DNA of 64,000 nucleotides from an uncultured Chlamydiae bacterium (GCA_963828125.1 CAWHDP010000002.1:928001-992000); one strand, 5' to 3'. Positions 41,001 through 50,074 are shown, counted from the stretch's first letter. Notes: generated from the letters alone by a model not told the origin. Translations and numbers: made by a program.

Positions 41001-43542
41001 TTTGTTTAGAAGAAAGGGCATGAGTCCCTAGCAGATATTCCACGAAGACAGCAATATCAATCATTTTATCTGAAGAGTCTAGCTTAAGTGAAGGAAGGGA
41101 TCTGCCTCCCAGTTCGGCGAAAAGAGTTTGAGTATTTCCATTGGAATCAAACCGAACAAAAGACATCCCTGTGCCAAGCAGAGCCACAGGTAATGTACGA
41201 GTGATCAATTTTTGAGGATTTTGCTTGGAGTAAATATCGACCTTCATCCAGGCATACGCGCCGGGAATAGCATCTAAGGAATTATAGATCTGAGGCTGAG
41301 ACTGAACAGTAGGATGAGGGAAATCTGCCCATGAGGAAAATTGCTTTTTAACTTGGGTTTGATGAATCCCAACATCGCTTAACGCTAACCCTTGCTTTCT
41401 TAAATTCTCTTCCACAAAACGGACAAACAGCACTCCAGCAGTATCATCTCCATCAGGACCGATATGCTTCAAGATTTCTTGGTCACCTTTTAGATATTGC
41501 AAGATCCAACGATCAGCAGTCGCATATTTTTCCGGTAAAAAGCTATAAAGGTCATGCCCCTCTTGAACTTGTATGTCTTTCATCCAAGGGAAAAGGGAGA
41601 CCCATTCTTTACCATTAAAGAATAAAACCCAGGGATACTTAAGTCGAGCTTCTTGGTTATCTTCTGGGAGTTTTGTCAGAAGCATGCGCTCAACAAACTC
41701 TTTAGGAAGAGAGCAGAAATCCCCGAGCGCGTATACGGTTTGAAAGCCACTTTTACGCAAAAGATAAGCAAGCAGCTGGCATTGCTCCCAAGCAGATCCT
41801 TGTTTTTCAAGGAAGGTTATCGATGGATTTCTGTGAATACTAAGAGGATAAATGACTCCATTTTCTTGATGAAGAAAAGGGTCTACAAGAGCAATCTCGT
41901 TTTGTACAAAGCTAGCAAGCGCTAAAGGATCTTGTCTATGCTCTTCGATAAATGGGTCGAGCACGGGATAAACGGCTGAAAATTCTAAAGCAGAAAACTG
42001 TTTGTCTGCCCCTTTCAAAGCTTCTTCCAAGCTAGGCAAGGGAGAAGAGTCTATGGGTTTGTTAGGCTTTACTGAGGCTGGTTTTCTCAAAATTTCAAGT
42101 TGCCATGGCGGAGGGGGCAAGAATTGGCTCACATAGAGAGTAGCCTCTTGGCCGAGCGAAATGGAAAACTGGTAGCGTAAATCCGTGCTCTTTTGCGAGA
42201 CAATAAGCGAAAACTGGTTTACTGGATCGGCAGCAAAACTTAGACGCAGCTCTAAACCAAAATCCGATTGCAATTTTGTATCTGGAATGAAGACCATTCC
42301 ATTCTTAAGATATTCTTCCCAACCATTGGTATTTTTAAAAGGGAGGGCAATTTTTTCTGTATGGACTACTTGTCCATTTTCAAGAACTTTGACAATGAGC
42401 TCAGGCTCGGAAGTGTGGCTTTGGATTAAAAATCGATAAAATTGATCTGTATAAAGACAAAAGTCCCCTTTCTTTTGCCCTGTTTGCCCATCCAATGGCA
42501 CCACTCTAGGAAGAGGTTCATTTTTAACTGCTTCAGGCAAGTAAAGATCGGGATTTAAAAGGAAATCACTTTTGAAAAATAGCTCTCTTCTTTCTTTTTC
42601 CTGGACTTCGAATCCTTCCTTAGTGAGAAGCGGTTTAACTTCGCTTAAGCGACTGTTATCAGCTTCTTTCTCAAAAGCAGCAAGAAACTCTTTTAGTTGC
42701 GCATGTTCCTCTTTGAGCGCAGAAACTTCTTCACTGGTGTCGCCATCAAGTAGTTGTTCTAATAGGGAAAAGGCATGTTTTTGCAAATCATAGCAACTTC
42801 GTTTTAATCCTTTCTCTGTCAAAAGTTGGCAGTCCAATTTGAGGGCTGCTATTTTTTCTTTGCAGGTAGCCCTGTTAGCCGCTGCCGTAGACGGCCATTC
42901 AAGAGCTTCGCTTTTGTATTTCTCAGCCCTCCCTTGATAATCTGCTACCTGACGTCTTAAGGCTGCCTTGTCCTCTTCTTGAGGGTAAGGGTTGATAAGA
43001 GATAGAGCTTGATTTGCAAGAGATGAAGCCTCTTCATAGAGTTTTGCTGCTTCATTGAGGACTAAAACAACCTCATCGACATTATTAAATCCTCTTTCAC
43101 AGCCTCTATCTTTGTTTTCGGCTGTTGCAGTCTTTTCTAAACTTGTATTATAAAGGGCCGTACCAGAGATATTTGACTCAACCCTTCTGATGTCAATTTG
43201 CAGTTGATTAATCTCTGCATTAAGCCCCTGTTTTTCTTTCTCGCATCGACTTTTTAAATCCACTCTCCACTGTTTTTTGCGATCGTCTTTTTTCTTACTG
43301 GCAATATCATTTAGGATGGCATCGCAGTGCCCCACGGCTCTTTGGCAACATGCGAGCGATTCCCTAAGAAGCTGAAGTCCTGCTTGAGTATAAGGTTTTT
43401 TCCGAAATTGCTGGATCAGTTCAGTATGTCGATTCCATTCAGGGAGAATTTTGTGAAAGATATTCGTGCATTCTTCTTGGTTAAGACCATACATCAAGGT
43501 GGGGAGAAGAAAGATAATGAGAAAAAAGCGCTGCCATTTCAT
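35086..43542 (-). CDS. Giant RHS/YD-repeat polymorphic toxin (signal peptide, transglutaminase-like, DUF6531-like, RHS core, DUF687/alpha-beta-hydrolase-like tip)
   Basis: ADPVDIVSGAF; many YD repeats; RYYD..SGQFLSQDP...DPVNYFDPDGR; tip FINGIAN...CHSHGA. Confidence 0.92.
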   Translation of the reverse strand: MKWQRFFLIIFLLPTLMYGLNQEECTNIFHKILPEWNRHTELIQQFRKKPYTQAGLQLLRESLACCQRAVGHCDAILNDIASKKKDDRKKQWRVDLKSRCEKEKQGLNAEINQLQIDIRRVESNISGTALYNTSLEKTATAENKDRGCERGFNNVDEVVLVLNEAAKLYEEASSLANQALSLINPYPQEEDKAALRRQVADYQGRAEKYKSEALEWPSTAAANRATCKEKIAALKLDCQLLTEKGLKRSCYDLQKHAFSLLEQLLDGDTSEEVSALKEEHAQLKEFLAAFEKEADNSRLSEVKPLLTKEGFEVQEKERRELFFKSDFLLNPDLYLPEAVKNEPLPRVVPLDGQTGQKKGDFCLYTDQFYRFLIQSHTSEPELIVKVLENGQVVHTEKIALPFKNTNGWEEYLKNGMVFIPDTKLQSDFGLELRLSFAADPVNQFSLIVSQKSTDLRYQFSISLGQEATLYVSQFLPPPPWQLEILRKPASVKPNKPIDSSPLPSLEEALKGADKQFSALEFSAVYPVLDPFIEEHRQDPLALASFVQNEIALVDPFLHQENGVIYPLSIHRNPSITFLEKQGSAWEQCQLLAYLLRKSGFQTVYALGDFCSLPKEFVERMLLTKLPEDNQEARLKYPWVLFFNGKEWVSLFPWMKDIQVQEGHDLYSFLPEKYATADRWILQYLKGDQEILKHIGPDGDDTAGVLFVRFVEENLRKQGLALSDVGIHQTQVKKQFSSWADFPHPTVQSQPQIYNSLDAIPGAYAWMKVDIYSKQNPQKLITRTLPVALLGTGMSFVRFDSNGNTQTLFAELGGRSLPSLKLDSSDKMIDIAVFVEYLLGTHALSSKQTYSINKGTSAALCSHFGSDSPKVASQCYEKFKVEKDEKKKLLALLSFVGASYFEKCSRSTNILAALHKVNPTVPFGFGLAKLSPDLSKGSFRGEEDLVLPQVDMFLCHVGPVPLAAPSVWHQEMHTARTGFEALSLIDGSSNEHQILREVFKDDYAVSTVKLLQLAHLEQQKQGLEGQGFLTLTPASFEAANKNPESAQSQYFSNLKDFNLSDLKTVSPWQWSILQSLMDPNQPWSSWTYAYMTPGLVNSLDGTRKEMGTIITSPHAWYALISINDIVTNGGLGTPLPNHYLSPWAIRNWELVPTSSSYMNGYALQVPTQPNFSDTPTRTLPIIEKSTPGNRDWISDVRAGFKDGWNYVADPVDIVSGAFYIDEIDLVLPGPLPLTIRRNYNSQNPLIGDLGCGWKLSLNPFLVDQDGKRFAAELDGTVIVYSYNRQTDRWEVFPEENPELNNFNQHGIGSSASPFHSYIENDVLYGADGSKRSYKDGLLQHWVDVRGNTLSFSYKDDRLSRIESSNGDFCGVHYNHEGNISEIYAKDGRRISYDYDSQGDLVKVTLPNTAEISYTYDRNHRVIRETKPHGKVLENVYNDEGKIKEQRSPMGYRQQMVRTATFEYANGKTIVTDAKGEKTTYQIHDKQIYKITDPLGFTTLQAWFIDKKSWFDPETEQVVEWNQKGGAIRSLKSTTDKRGLTTSYLYDNRGNPELITLKGEDLTGNGDSEIKKKLAYNERNLCIEEEVYGQRTLTTYDPTFPYLPKRIEKYSGNTLTSYLDFDYNSLGQLEKEDRSGAVIIWHYNDRGFPREKIELTGTEDPDVVTTYAYNTQGQCIEVVSVDGTREGDYDLMGNQSESKIFSPSGELLSATYIGYDLNNAPIWKQTANSENVVYFDYHASGLVKAKRQSLTPSRSIAYTLYEYNLCGYLIEETDPRGYVTYRDYDPLGRITDETKEGHTTHFSYEAGGLVETITSPSGGQVTRHYTTNGLLKEEIYPDGTKNKVVYDFLGRPILETKNDVAWEIKYDDAHHRVIRTHLTTKISEISEFDPRGNLIKLTDAAGYTSEKTYDGLNRPKTEISPSGKHTSWNYHDDVVVCRLPSGETTTTQYAGGKAIKSEVNDSRGTLIAVSQFHFDPENDKEEVIEGEERTITWRNALGLPVRVEKGDITVSYEYDACGNCITSIDGDGRVTRQEFDGLGRLERRELPDRSAVEFVYDLDSNLAEYHLPNGNVWKASYDSMHRKKWEELVSSRGSSERWTFSYEGGYLTEATDPMQRTHMYLYDSHGKIFQDSVGGGKRIYTYEPRGFLATVNQTTDITSSWLSSWVYGSQSENSLVERSYDADGNLALESVYLNSQLIQQTKQKWTANGRSLQIGSHVRDFIYQNNQLVQVTTQHVGVSYSYELSGALKSKNSRLNSTIINYNTSGLPETVLTRLPEGSYQEQLDWYPSGKICTYIAPGKEQSFSYNERGYLRSTGSEKYDFDFDSAGTGVRTAAPGWYVPQNSLDDFGRILASVFEKIPLSTGYNLMGEVITHGQKQLSWDPWGRLVKITDPSYSWEVAYDAFGRRLQTRYAKSGEQTLITNSLYDPEEEFQEIGIQIGGKTFWKIYGPDACDAISDETGASVTLMHNALRQLTGVVSHQGTLYSEKSPSFYGPLEINPSVSSDLISYAQSLNWHSKAQDPTGFIWMGDRYYDSRSGQFLSQDPVSYPMCLDLYAYANGDPVNYFDPDGRFASYAYQVTKPTVIAGLDHLTGYSQTVRAGNWLSAYCYNHNLTHSESFQVGSFNLPNGAIGFINGIANTKEESMAKARYLSGYAGGATVYGVYNASNSVIGDLIDSGLGRIGIMTPPTQKIKDRWHDFFAISRPEAKFLQYCHSHGATHVKNALLTSPEEVRQRIIVLAIAPAEIVPRKLCFRSYNYMSRHDFVTHFDIIGKIRYRDELIILDPHPDANFFDHDFLSPTFAESIKRHTKDYIKKYGGVQ

Positions 43543-43548
43543 AAGTGA

Positions 43549-43827
43549 TCATTTCATGTAAGAAAGAAAAAAGATCTTATCCAAAATCCCCTTTCCCTCA
43601 GAAGGGAAAACTTGCTTTGATATAATTTCCGTGGACCATTTGTGGACCACCATGATCTGACTAATGAGCCTCGGGATGCCAGTGATAAGCGCCTCATTCG
43701 TTTCAAAAGCCGTATAACGCTTCTCTGAATCTGTAACCCACTCTCTCCCTTCGACTAGCATATAATCCACTTGATTCATGAGGGGGAACAATCTTCTTAT
43801 TGACATTTGCTTTCCAAAGAGAAGCAT
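43549..43827 (-). CDS. Small hypothetical protein or remnant
   Basis: 92-aa ORF ending 7 bp before the RHS start. Confidence 0.35.
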   Translation of the reverse strand: MLLFGKQMSIRRLFPLMNQVDYMLVEGREWVTDSEKRYTAFETNEALITGIPRLISQIMVVHKWSTEIISKQVFPSEGKGILDKIFFLSYMK

Positions 43828-43956
43828 ATTTTCTCTTTGAGCGAAGCTGATACAATAAATCTAGATCTGTCCGGGTACATAAAGGACGAGACTTTGTCTC
43901 GCCGTAATGCGAGCTTCAGCTCGCCATGCATCTCTAGGCTCGGGGTCTTTCCCAAA

Positions 43957-45753
43957 TCAAGAGGGGGGTGGAATGATGGGGAAATAGGGCGTGGAATCTG
44001 TTGGTTGAAGAGCTTTCTGTTCCATCTGCTCCATTAAAATTGCATACAGTTCTGCCTGGATGGTAGCATAAGTGGGATTGCCTGCCAAATTATCCGCCTC
44101 ATAGGGATCGTTCGTCAAGTTATACATCTCATATTCGGGAGGAGGGGGCGGCGACTCAAGAGGGGTGCTGCAAGTACACGACATGGGTGCACTTGCAAAA
44201 GCCATATTTTCAAAATACATCGCAAATTTCCATGTTTCTCCATCCAATAGAGTAATGACAGCATCCACAAAAGCAGGTTGTTCGACGTAACTGTAAGATT
44301 CACCCAAAGGATTTTCCGTATAGGCTCCTGTGAGAATCTGGTCGTATGTGATGAATAAAATAGGCTCTTGGAGCGCAGAAATTTCATCTGCAGTGGGATT
44401 CCCAGTCACTACGCTCGACAGATCCCTTCCGACAAGGGTATTCGAATTGGTGTAGGTCGTCTGAAATTGGTCTGTGATTTGGTTCACATTGACGCCAGCT
44501 AAGCCGCATAGAGTTGGCAGAACATCGACATGGCTCGTGATCAAATCGATGTTGACGCCTTGTGGCAAAAGGGTGGGAGAATAAAAAACGAGAGGCACAT
44601 GGATCGATTCTTCATATATGTTAAACCACTTCTGAAAATTGTTATGCGCTCCTAAAAGATCTCCGTGGTCTGAGGTAAAAACTACAATCGTATTATCTCG
44701 AAAACTGGAATTTAATAGCGCATTGAGCACGCGACCCATCTGAATATCTACTTTCTTTTGCAACGTATAATACAGTTGTCTATATGTAAGCGTATCGGAT
44801 GTAGGTTGAAAAGCAATTTGATACTGCGTTTGATAGGATGATTGAGCCGTGGGTTTCGTGCTCAGATCCTCATTCGCTGTTGGTGCTGGTGGAATAAACG
44901 GCAACGAAGGATCGACATCAAAATTGAAGGTGGGAAACGTTTGTGTCGTCTCTCCATATAAAGCGATGTCATGGGGATTCACAAAAGAACAAACCAACAG
45001 CCAAGGTTGTGAGCTTCCCTGCGCATCGAGCCCTGCCAAGAGTTGCACCGTTTGATCCCCGTAAAAGATGTCTCTGCCTGAAAGCCCTATCGCTGCAGAG
45101 CCCCCCGATTGATGAGGATCGCTTCCATGTGGTTCGGGCCCAATCCAACCGTTATTGAAGCCATAAGGGCCAAGCATGTTGGCCGATACGTAAGCGTTTT
45201 CTAAATTCGGAATAGGCACACCCGTCATCTGGTTATAGGACAAAACAGGCTCCTGCGTTCCTGGATTGTATAAATCATCGTGTGAAATATGCCATTTCCC
45301 AATGTAATAGGTGGCATAATTACCTTCTGTGAAGATGTTTCCCGCTGTTGGAACGGTATAGGGACTGAGCCAAAACATCGTCGGGTCTGCTGCAGCTTTG
45401 GCTGCCCCGTCTGTTTGAGAGACGCCGTGCAGCGTGGGATACTGGCCTGTAAATAACGTGGAGCGGCTCGGAGCGCAGGCAGTGGCTCCGCAGTAATGAC
45501 AATCAAAATTAACGCCATTGTTTTTCAGAAAAGTCATCGTCGTGAGGTTTTGCTCAGACCATTCGATCAAAGCCTCATTTTGATAAGAAACGGGAAATTG
45601 CAACTCATCGACAAGAATAATCAATATATTGGGTGGTTTTTTTGCTGTTAAACATCTTGCAGAACTGCTGCGGTAACTTGAGGCGTCACAACTCATACAA
45701 ACGAGTAGAAAAAACACCAGACTTACGAAAAAATGCATGGATCTAGCCCCCAT
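43957..45753 (-). CDS. Exported formylglycine-type sulfatase
   Basis: NILIILVDE; CAPSR (CxPxR); GKWH; NPHD; SDHG; YNLTNDPYE. Confidence 0.93.
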   Translation of the reverse strand: MGARSMHFFVSLVFFLLVCMSCDASSYRSSSARCLTAKKPPNILIILVDELQFPVSYQNEALIEWSEQNLTTMTFLKNNGVNFDCHYCGATACAPSRSTLFTGQYPTLHGVSQTDGAAKAAADPTMFWLSPYTVPTAGNIFTEGNYATYYIGKWHISHDDLYNPGTQEPVLSYNQMTGVPIPNLENAYVSANMLGPYGFNNGWIGPEPHGSDPHQSGGSAAIGLSGRDIFYGDQTVQLLAGLDAQGSSQPWLLVCSFVNPHDIALYGETTQTFPTFNFDVDPSLPFIPPAPTANEDLSTKPTAQSSYQTQYQIAFQPTSDTLTYRQLYYTLQKKVDIQMGRVLNALLNSSFRDNTIVVFTSDHGDLLGAHNNFQKWFNIYEESIHVPLVFYSPTLLPQGVNIDLITSHVDVLPTLCGLAGVNVNQITDQFQTTYTNSNTLVGRDLSSVVTGNPTADEISALQEPILFITYDQILTGAYTENPLGESYSYVEQPAFVDAVITLLDGETWKFAMYFENMAFASAPMSCTCSTPLESPPPPPEYEMYNLTNDPYEADNLAGNPTYATIQAELYAILMEQMEQKALQPTDSTPYFPIIPPPS

Positions 45754-45780
45754 TACGCCAGAGCAACGTTTCTCGAATTT

Positions 45781-46887
45781 TTAGAAGTAAAAACTACCTG
45801 TAATGTCCAGCCCTTGCAAATAGAGGTCCCCCGCTCCAGCCCCTGTCCCCGCAAGCGTTTGATCCATCAGTTTTCTCATCATATTCTGTTGCCAGAAGAG
45901 ATAAAAATCATACGTAGCTGCCAAATCAAAATAGGATTTCCCCTCTCTTAGATATTTTCCCCAGCCTAGACCCAAGGAAAGGCCGATTTGAGGTCTGATG
46001 CAATTGGTATCTGATAACTGAACGCTGAGCTGGCTCGGCTGAGAAGAGGCTGAAACGACGTTCTCCGAATGTTTGATTGCGGAAAACTGTGTGAAGAAAA
46101 GGCAGACCATTCCCTCCCCTTCCACCCTAAAATGTTTAGGCAAAAACCAATAAAAATCGGAACCTACAATCGGTCCAACCCCCCAAGAACGGGAAAGATT
46201 ATGGGACGTAGATTGAGAGGTGGCCAAATTTGTAATGACATAGGGCGATGCATCGATTGTCACATTTAAATACTGATTGATGATAGCCCCCCGCACCCCA
46301 AAGAAGGGGAGAAGAGCTAAGGAGCACCCCTCATAAATGGGTCGTTTTATAGTCAAATCAATCAGATTGATGTTCATGCGCCAATGAGAAAAGACTGACG
46401 TGGCCGCGATCGGCTGACCTGAAGTGCTTGTTTGCTGAAACCAGTTATTCAAGATCCACAATCCTGAACCGAGCGATGGATCGACAGATGGGGCTCCCTT
46501 CATTTGAGTCGTCGTTTGGCATAGCCAGGTATATTCTAAATTCAAATCTAAATCTTTCCACAAAGCTCCAGCGCCCACTTTAAAACCTGGAGCATATTTG
46601 AAACTCTGTGTCAGACACCGACTATTCTGAATAGCGATCACATCTCCCTCAGAGACCCCGCTTGTCACAACGGCTGCGCTGTTCGCTAAATCAAGGCCAT
46701 CTTCCGCAATCAAATAGTAAAGAAAGGAAACATCCAAAGACACAGCTGGCCGATTATTTTTCCCTGCAAGAGCTATGCATGCGGGCGCTTGATTTCTTTC
46801 TTCACGCCCATTCTCTTTTCCCTCGGAATATAAACCTTTCGTGCTCAAAAGAGAGGCAATGCTTAAAACAATCGTAAATTTTTTCAT
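45781..46887 (-). CDS. Lpg1974-like outer-membrane beta-barrel
   Basis: Signal peptide; PGFKVGAG; SWGVGP; GDLYLQGLDITGSFYF terminal Phe. Confidence 0.85.
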   Translation of the reverse strand: MKKFTIVLSIASLLSTKGLYSEGKENGREERNQAPACIALAGKNNRPAVSLDVSFLYYLIAEDGLDLANSAAVVTSGVSEGDVIAIQNSRCLTQSFKYAPGFKVGAGALWKDLDLNLEYTWLCQTTTQMKGAPSVDPSLGSGLWILNNWFQQTSTSGQPIAATSVFSHWRMNINLIDLTIKRPIYEGCSLALLPFFGVRGAIINQYLNVTIDASPYVITNLATSQSTSHNLSRSWGVGPIVGSDFYWFLPKHFRVEGEGMVCLFFTQFSAIKHSENVVSASSQPSQLSVQLSDTNCIRPQIGLSLGLGWGKYLREGKSYFDLAATYDFYLFWQQNMMRKLMDQTLAGTGAGAGDLYLQGLDITGSFYF

Positions 46888-47042
46888 CTCTAAAGCTCCG
46901 GACAGATCGCCAAAAAACGAACGGCTCCGTTCAATTTTTAATGACTATATTGCTCGCAAAATATTCTTGCAAGTTGTAAGAGATTCCTTCTCCTATATTG
47001 GACCCCAAAAACTGGACAGGTTGAGTTGTTTGCTTCATGCTT

Positions 47043-47086
47043 TACTGCGGCCACCCCAAAAGTGTGAATTTGGGGTGGCCGCAGTA
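47043..47086. repeat. 44-bp palindromic element, copy 1
   Basis: TACTGCGGCCACCCCAAA-agtgtgaa-TTTGGGGTGGCCGCAGTA; identical copy at 50027-50070. Confidence 0.9.
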
Positions 47087-47096
47087 TAGCTTCCTC

Positions 47097-47161
47097 GCGA
47101 TTGGCGAAAGATGGCGTAACATCTTGAGCACCTTTTCTCGCGTCTGTGTGAGAAATGCGGG
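47097..47161 (-). mobile_element. Partial copy of the 8648-8762 MITE
   Basis: Reverse complement matches ~50 nt of 8648-8697 with 2 mismatches. Confidence 0.75.
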
Positions 47162-47271
47162 CTAAAAAACGGCTCATTTTTCAATAAAACGTACTATAAC
47201 AGACAACAAGCACCTTGACACTCAATGCTGAGTATACTACAAATTCTATTTAGTCATTACCTTAATAAATT

Positions 47272-48291
47272 ATGAAAACTTGGTCGCGAATTTCCCATAT
47301 AGTGTCTTCTGGTAGCCTTTTTCTGATGGCTCATACAGCCGCAAACGAACCCTCAGATAAAACGACATCTCTCTATCAAAAGGAATTTGATTCCATTGTA
47401 TCTGCAGAGGTGGACTACCTTCTCTGGTTTAGTAATCAAGATGGATTGCACACCCCTACTGTCGCAACTGGTAAATCTCCTCATTTAAGCTCCAAATGGA
47501 GCTCTGGAGTGCGAGCAGCAATGAGCGGACAATCTGCGCATTGGGATATTGAACTCTGTTATACCTACTATTCAACAAGCTCTAGCGATACGGCAAATGC
47601 CAATATTGACACCATCCTCTCTTCTACTCCAAGCACTGCCGGTATATTTGAAGTAGGAGAAAAATGGTATCTACACTTCAACCGACTCGATTTACAACTG
47701 GGTCGAAAACTGCTCTTTGCCGATCATTTTCTTTTAGAACCCTTTTTTGGTGTAGAAGGTCTTGATGTTTCTCAACAGTTCAACCTCAATATAAATACCA
47801 TTTTCTTAGACCTGACGACCGCTCTCCCAGCCACCAATATCGTGGATTCAAAGAATAGGAATTCCTTGCTAGGCATCGGACCTCGAGTAGGGGTCAAAGC
47901 AAATTTGGACTTTAAAGCAGGATTTGGGCTCTATGGCAATGTTGGATTGAATATCTTATGGGGCAAGTTCAAGATAACACAAGACTACAACCAAACAGAC
48001 CACTATTCATCTGGCGGCTCCACTGTCTTAGTAGATCAAGGCAAAGGTCTTTCTCAAGGTGGCTCTATATTCAATGCTGACCTAGAGCTTGGATTTAACT
48101 GGAGACATCTTTTCCCCAAACCAAATCTTGAGCTCGCCTTAAAAACGGGGTGGGAATATCACTACTATGTCGACATCGTTCGCTTCCAAGACTTTTATTT
48201 GCAACAAATGAGCTTGGGAACTGCCTCATATACCACAAATGGAAATCTCGCTTTGTCTGGATTGAGTGTAGGCGTTGTATTGAGATATTAA
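47272..48291 (+). CDS. Lpg1974-like outer-membrane beta-barrel
   Basis: WSSGVRA; GIGPRVG; GWEYHYY; GNLALSGLSVGVVLRY. Confidence 0.85.
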   Translation: MKTWSRISHIVSSGSLFLMAHTAANEPSDKTTSLYQKEFDSIVSAEVDYLLWFSNQDGLHTPTVATGKSPHLSSKWSSGVRAAMSGQSAHWDIELCYTYYSTSSSDTANANIDTILSSTPSTAGIFEVGEKWYLHFNRLDLQLGRKLLFADHFLLEPFFGVEGLDVSQQFNLNINTIFLDLTTALPATNIVDSKNRNSLLGIGPRVGVKANLDFKAGFGLYGNVGLNILWGKFKITQDYNQTDHYSSGGSTVLVDQGKGLSQGGSIFNADLELGFNWRHLFPKPNLELALKTGWEYHYYVDIVRFQDFYLQQMSLGTASYTTNGNLALSGLSVGVVLRY

Positions 48292-48567
48292 GCCATCTTT
48301 AAAATTGGAGGTGCTGTTCCTGGAATTCTGGTAAGACTTGAGTCGTACATACGTGGCACAACATATTTTTTGCGCAAAAAACTGAAAATGAGTTAGTTAA
48401 GAGTTTTTTATGGTGGCAAGCGTCAAAGTCAGGAGTGGTTGTTAGGCTGTCCAACCGGAAATAAAGAAAATCATCCAGCTGGCTGTTTGTCTGGCTGGGA
48501 AACCAGGAAGCTTTTTAGGTGGAAAGACATTTACCCAACTGATTGGAATAAAAAGATTAAGATATTT

Positions 48568-49926
48568 TTAATCGGCGCCTCCGTGGACCAAACGAATGAG
48601 AGCTTCTTTTTGATTGGCGTGTGCCAGGGATGCTGCGGCATATAGAGGTCTTGAATCAAGTTTATTGATGATAGAGTAGTTAAGAGAAGAAAAGCGGATA
48701 GCAGAATTTGACTTAGGGTGAGTCTCTAGGAAAATATGAAGGCTTCTCAACGTGTTGCCGTGACCACTTTTAACTTCGATAGGAACAATTTGATCCCCCC
48801 TTTGAATCAGATAGTCGATCTCTGCAGCGCTATTTTTTTCTTTTCTTTTCCAAAAATAGATTTCTGCTTTGTTGTCTGGGCTTGCATAGCAGATCAATTC
48901 CTGGCCAATGAATCCTTCAACCATTTCACCTCGGTTTTCAAATGCCTCTAGGGGATGTAAAAACCAATCAGACACATCAGAGCCGAGAATCGCTTGGCAA
49001 AGACCGATATCGAGATAGATAATCTTGAAAGTGTCAAAATCAACCTCCGCGCCAATAGGAATTCCTTGGCCAGAAGAGTGGCGGATCGAATGAATGATGT
49101 TTGCCCGCTCAATCAATTCTAATGCAGGGGCCAATTCCCGTTTTCGATATTCTCCATGAATTTCTCGATAGGAAAAATCCTTGCCCACAAGGTGAGGAAT
49201 TTGTCGAAATAGTTGCTCCAGGTATTTTACCTGTGCTTTTCGAGCATATTTTTCAAAATCTTGGCGGTAAGTTGCTGCAATCTGTTGCAGTACATTCAGT
49301 GCTAATGTTGGATCTTTTGTCTGAATCCATCTTGCCACAGCTTCAGGCATTCCTCCAATCGAGAGGTATTCGCCGAGGAGGTCCAAGATTTTTAGATGAA
49401 TCGCCTCCTCCATAGGAACTCCAATGGGATGATCCAGAATTTCTTTTGCGATCAAGTGATGACCAATGGCCACAAGAAATTCCAAGAAAGAAAATGGATA
49501 CATGTAAAACATAGAGATGCGCCCTACAGGAACTCCGACCTTGGCAATCGCAAATTCTAGAAGCGATCCCGCCGCAATCAGGTGAAGATTTGGCATCTCT
49601 TCATAAAAATAGCGGAGAGCTAAAATAGCGCGTGGAGCTTCTTGTACTTCGTCAAAGAAAAGAAGTGTTTCTCCAGGGATAATCGGAGTTTTCGCAAGGA
49701 GAGATAGGGATAAAATTAACCTCTCCGGGGCGAGGTCTTTCTCAAAAATAGAGGCAGCCCCCTCCAATTTTTCAAAATTGATTTCAACGAAAGATTTGAA
49801 CTGTCCCCCCAATCTTCGAACGGCATATGTTTTCCCCACCTGTCTTGCCCCACGTAATAAAAGAGGTTTGCGGAAAGGGTCGGTTTTCCATCGGTCTAGG
49901 TGGAAGTCTATGATTCTCTTAAACAT
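48568..49926 (-). CDS. AAA_14 ATPase + DUF4143 (PD-(D/E)xK-like) protein
   Basis: GARQVGKT; FFDEVQ; GGMPE; AEIDYL..IVPIEVKSG; start MFKR. Confidence 0.92.
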   Translation of the reverse strand: MFKRIIDFHLDRWKTDPFRKPLLLRGARQVGKTYAVRRLGGQFKSFVEINFEKLEGAASIFEKDLAPERLILSLSLLAKTPIIPGETLLFFDEVQEAPRAILALRYFYEEMPNLHLIAAGSLLEFAIAKVGVPVGRISMFYMYPFSFLEFLVAIGHHLIAKEILDHPIGVPMEEAIHLKILDLLGEYLSIGGMPEAVARWIQTKDPTLALNVLQQIAATYRQDFEKYARKAQVKYLEQLFRQIPHLVGKDFSYREIHGEYRKRELAPALELIERANIIHSIRHSSGQGIPIGAEVDFDTFKIIYLDIGLCQAILGSDVSDWFLHPLEAFENRGEMVEGFIGQELICYASPDNKAEIYFWKRKEKNSAAEIDYLIQRGDQIVPIEVKSGHGNTLRSLHIFLETHPKSNSAIRFSSLNYSIINKLDSRPLYAAASLAHANQKEALIRLVHGGAD

Positions 49927-50015
49927 GGCTAAATTCCAAGGTAAAAACGGATCTGTTCTGGTCGTATTCCAACCCAAATATGTATGATTTTTGGCTAAAT
50001 TCCAAGGTAAAAACG
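49926..50015. promoter_or_regulatory. 24-bp direct repeat bracketing the ATPase promoter region
   Basis: TGGCTAAATTCCAAGGTAAAAACG at 49926-49949 and 49992-50015. Confidence 0.7.
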
Positions 50016-50026
50016 ACTTTTAAGTA

Positions 50027-50070
50027 TACTGCGGCCACCCCAAAAGTGTGAATTTGGGGTGGCCGCAGTA
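50027..50070. repeat. 44-bp palindromic element, copy 2
   Basis: Same as 47043-47086; flanked by TA on both sides. Confidence 0.9.
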
Positions 50071-50074
50071 TAGC

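Noticed and set aside
48303..48313. AATTGGAGGTG as a third inverted tmRNA core
   Set aside because: Only 9 bp match the tmRNA, no paired heptamer nearby, and it is explained as a gene C-terminal remnant
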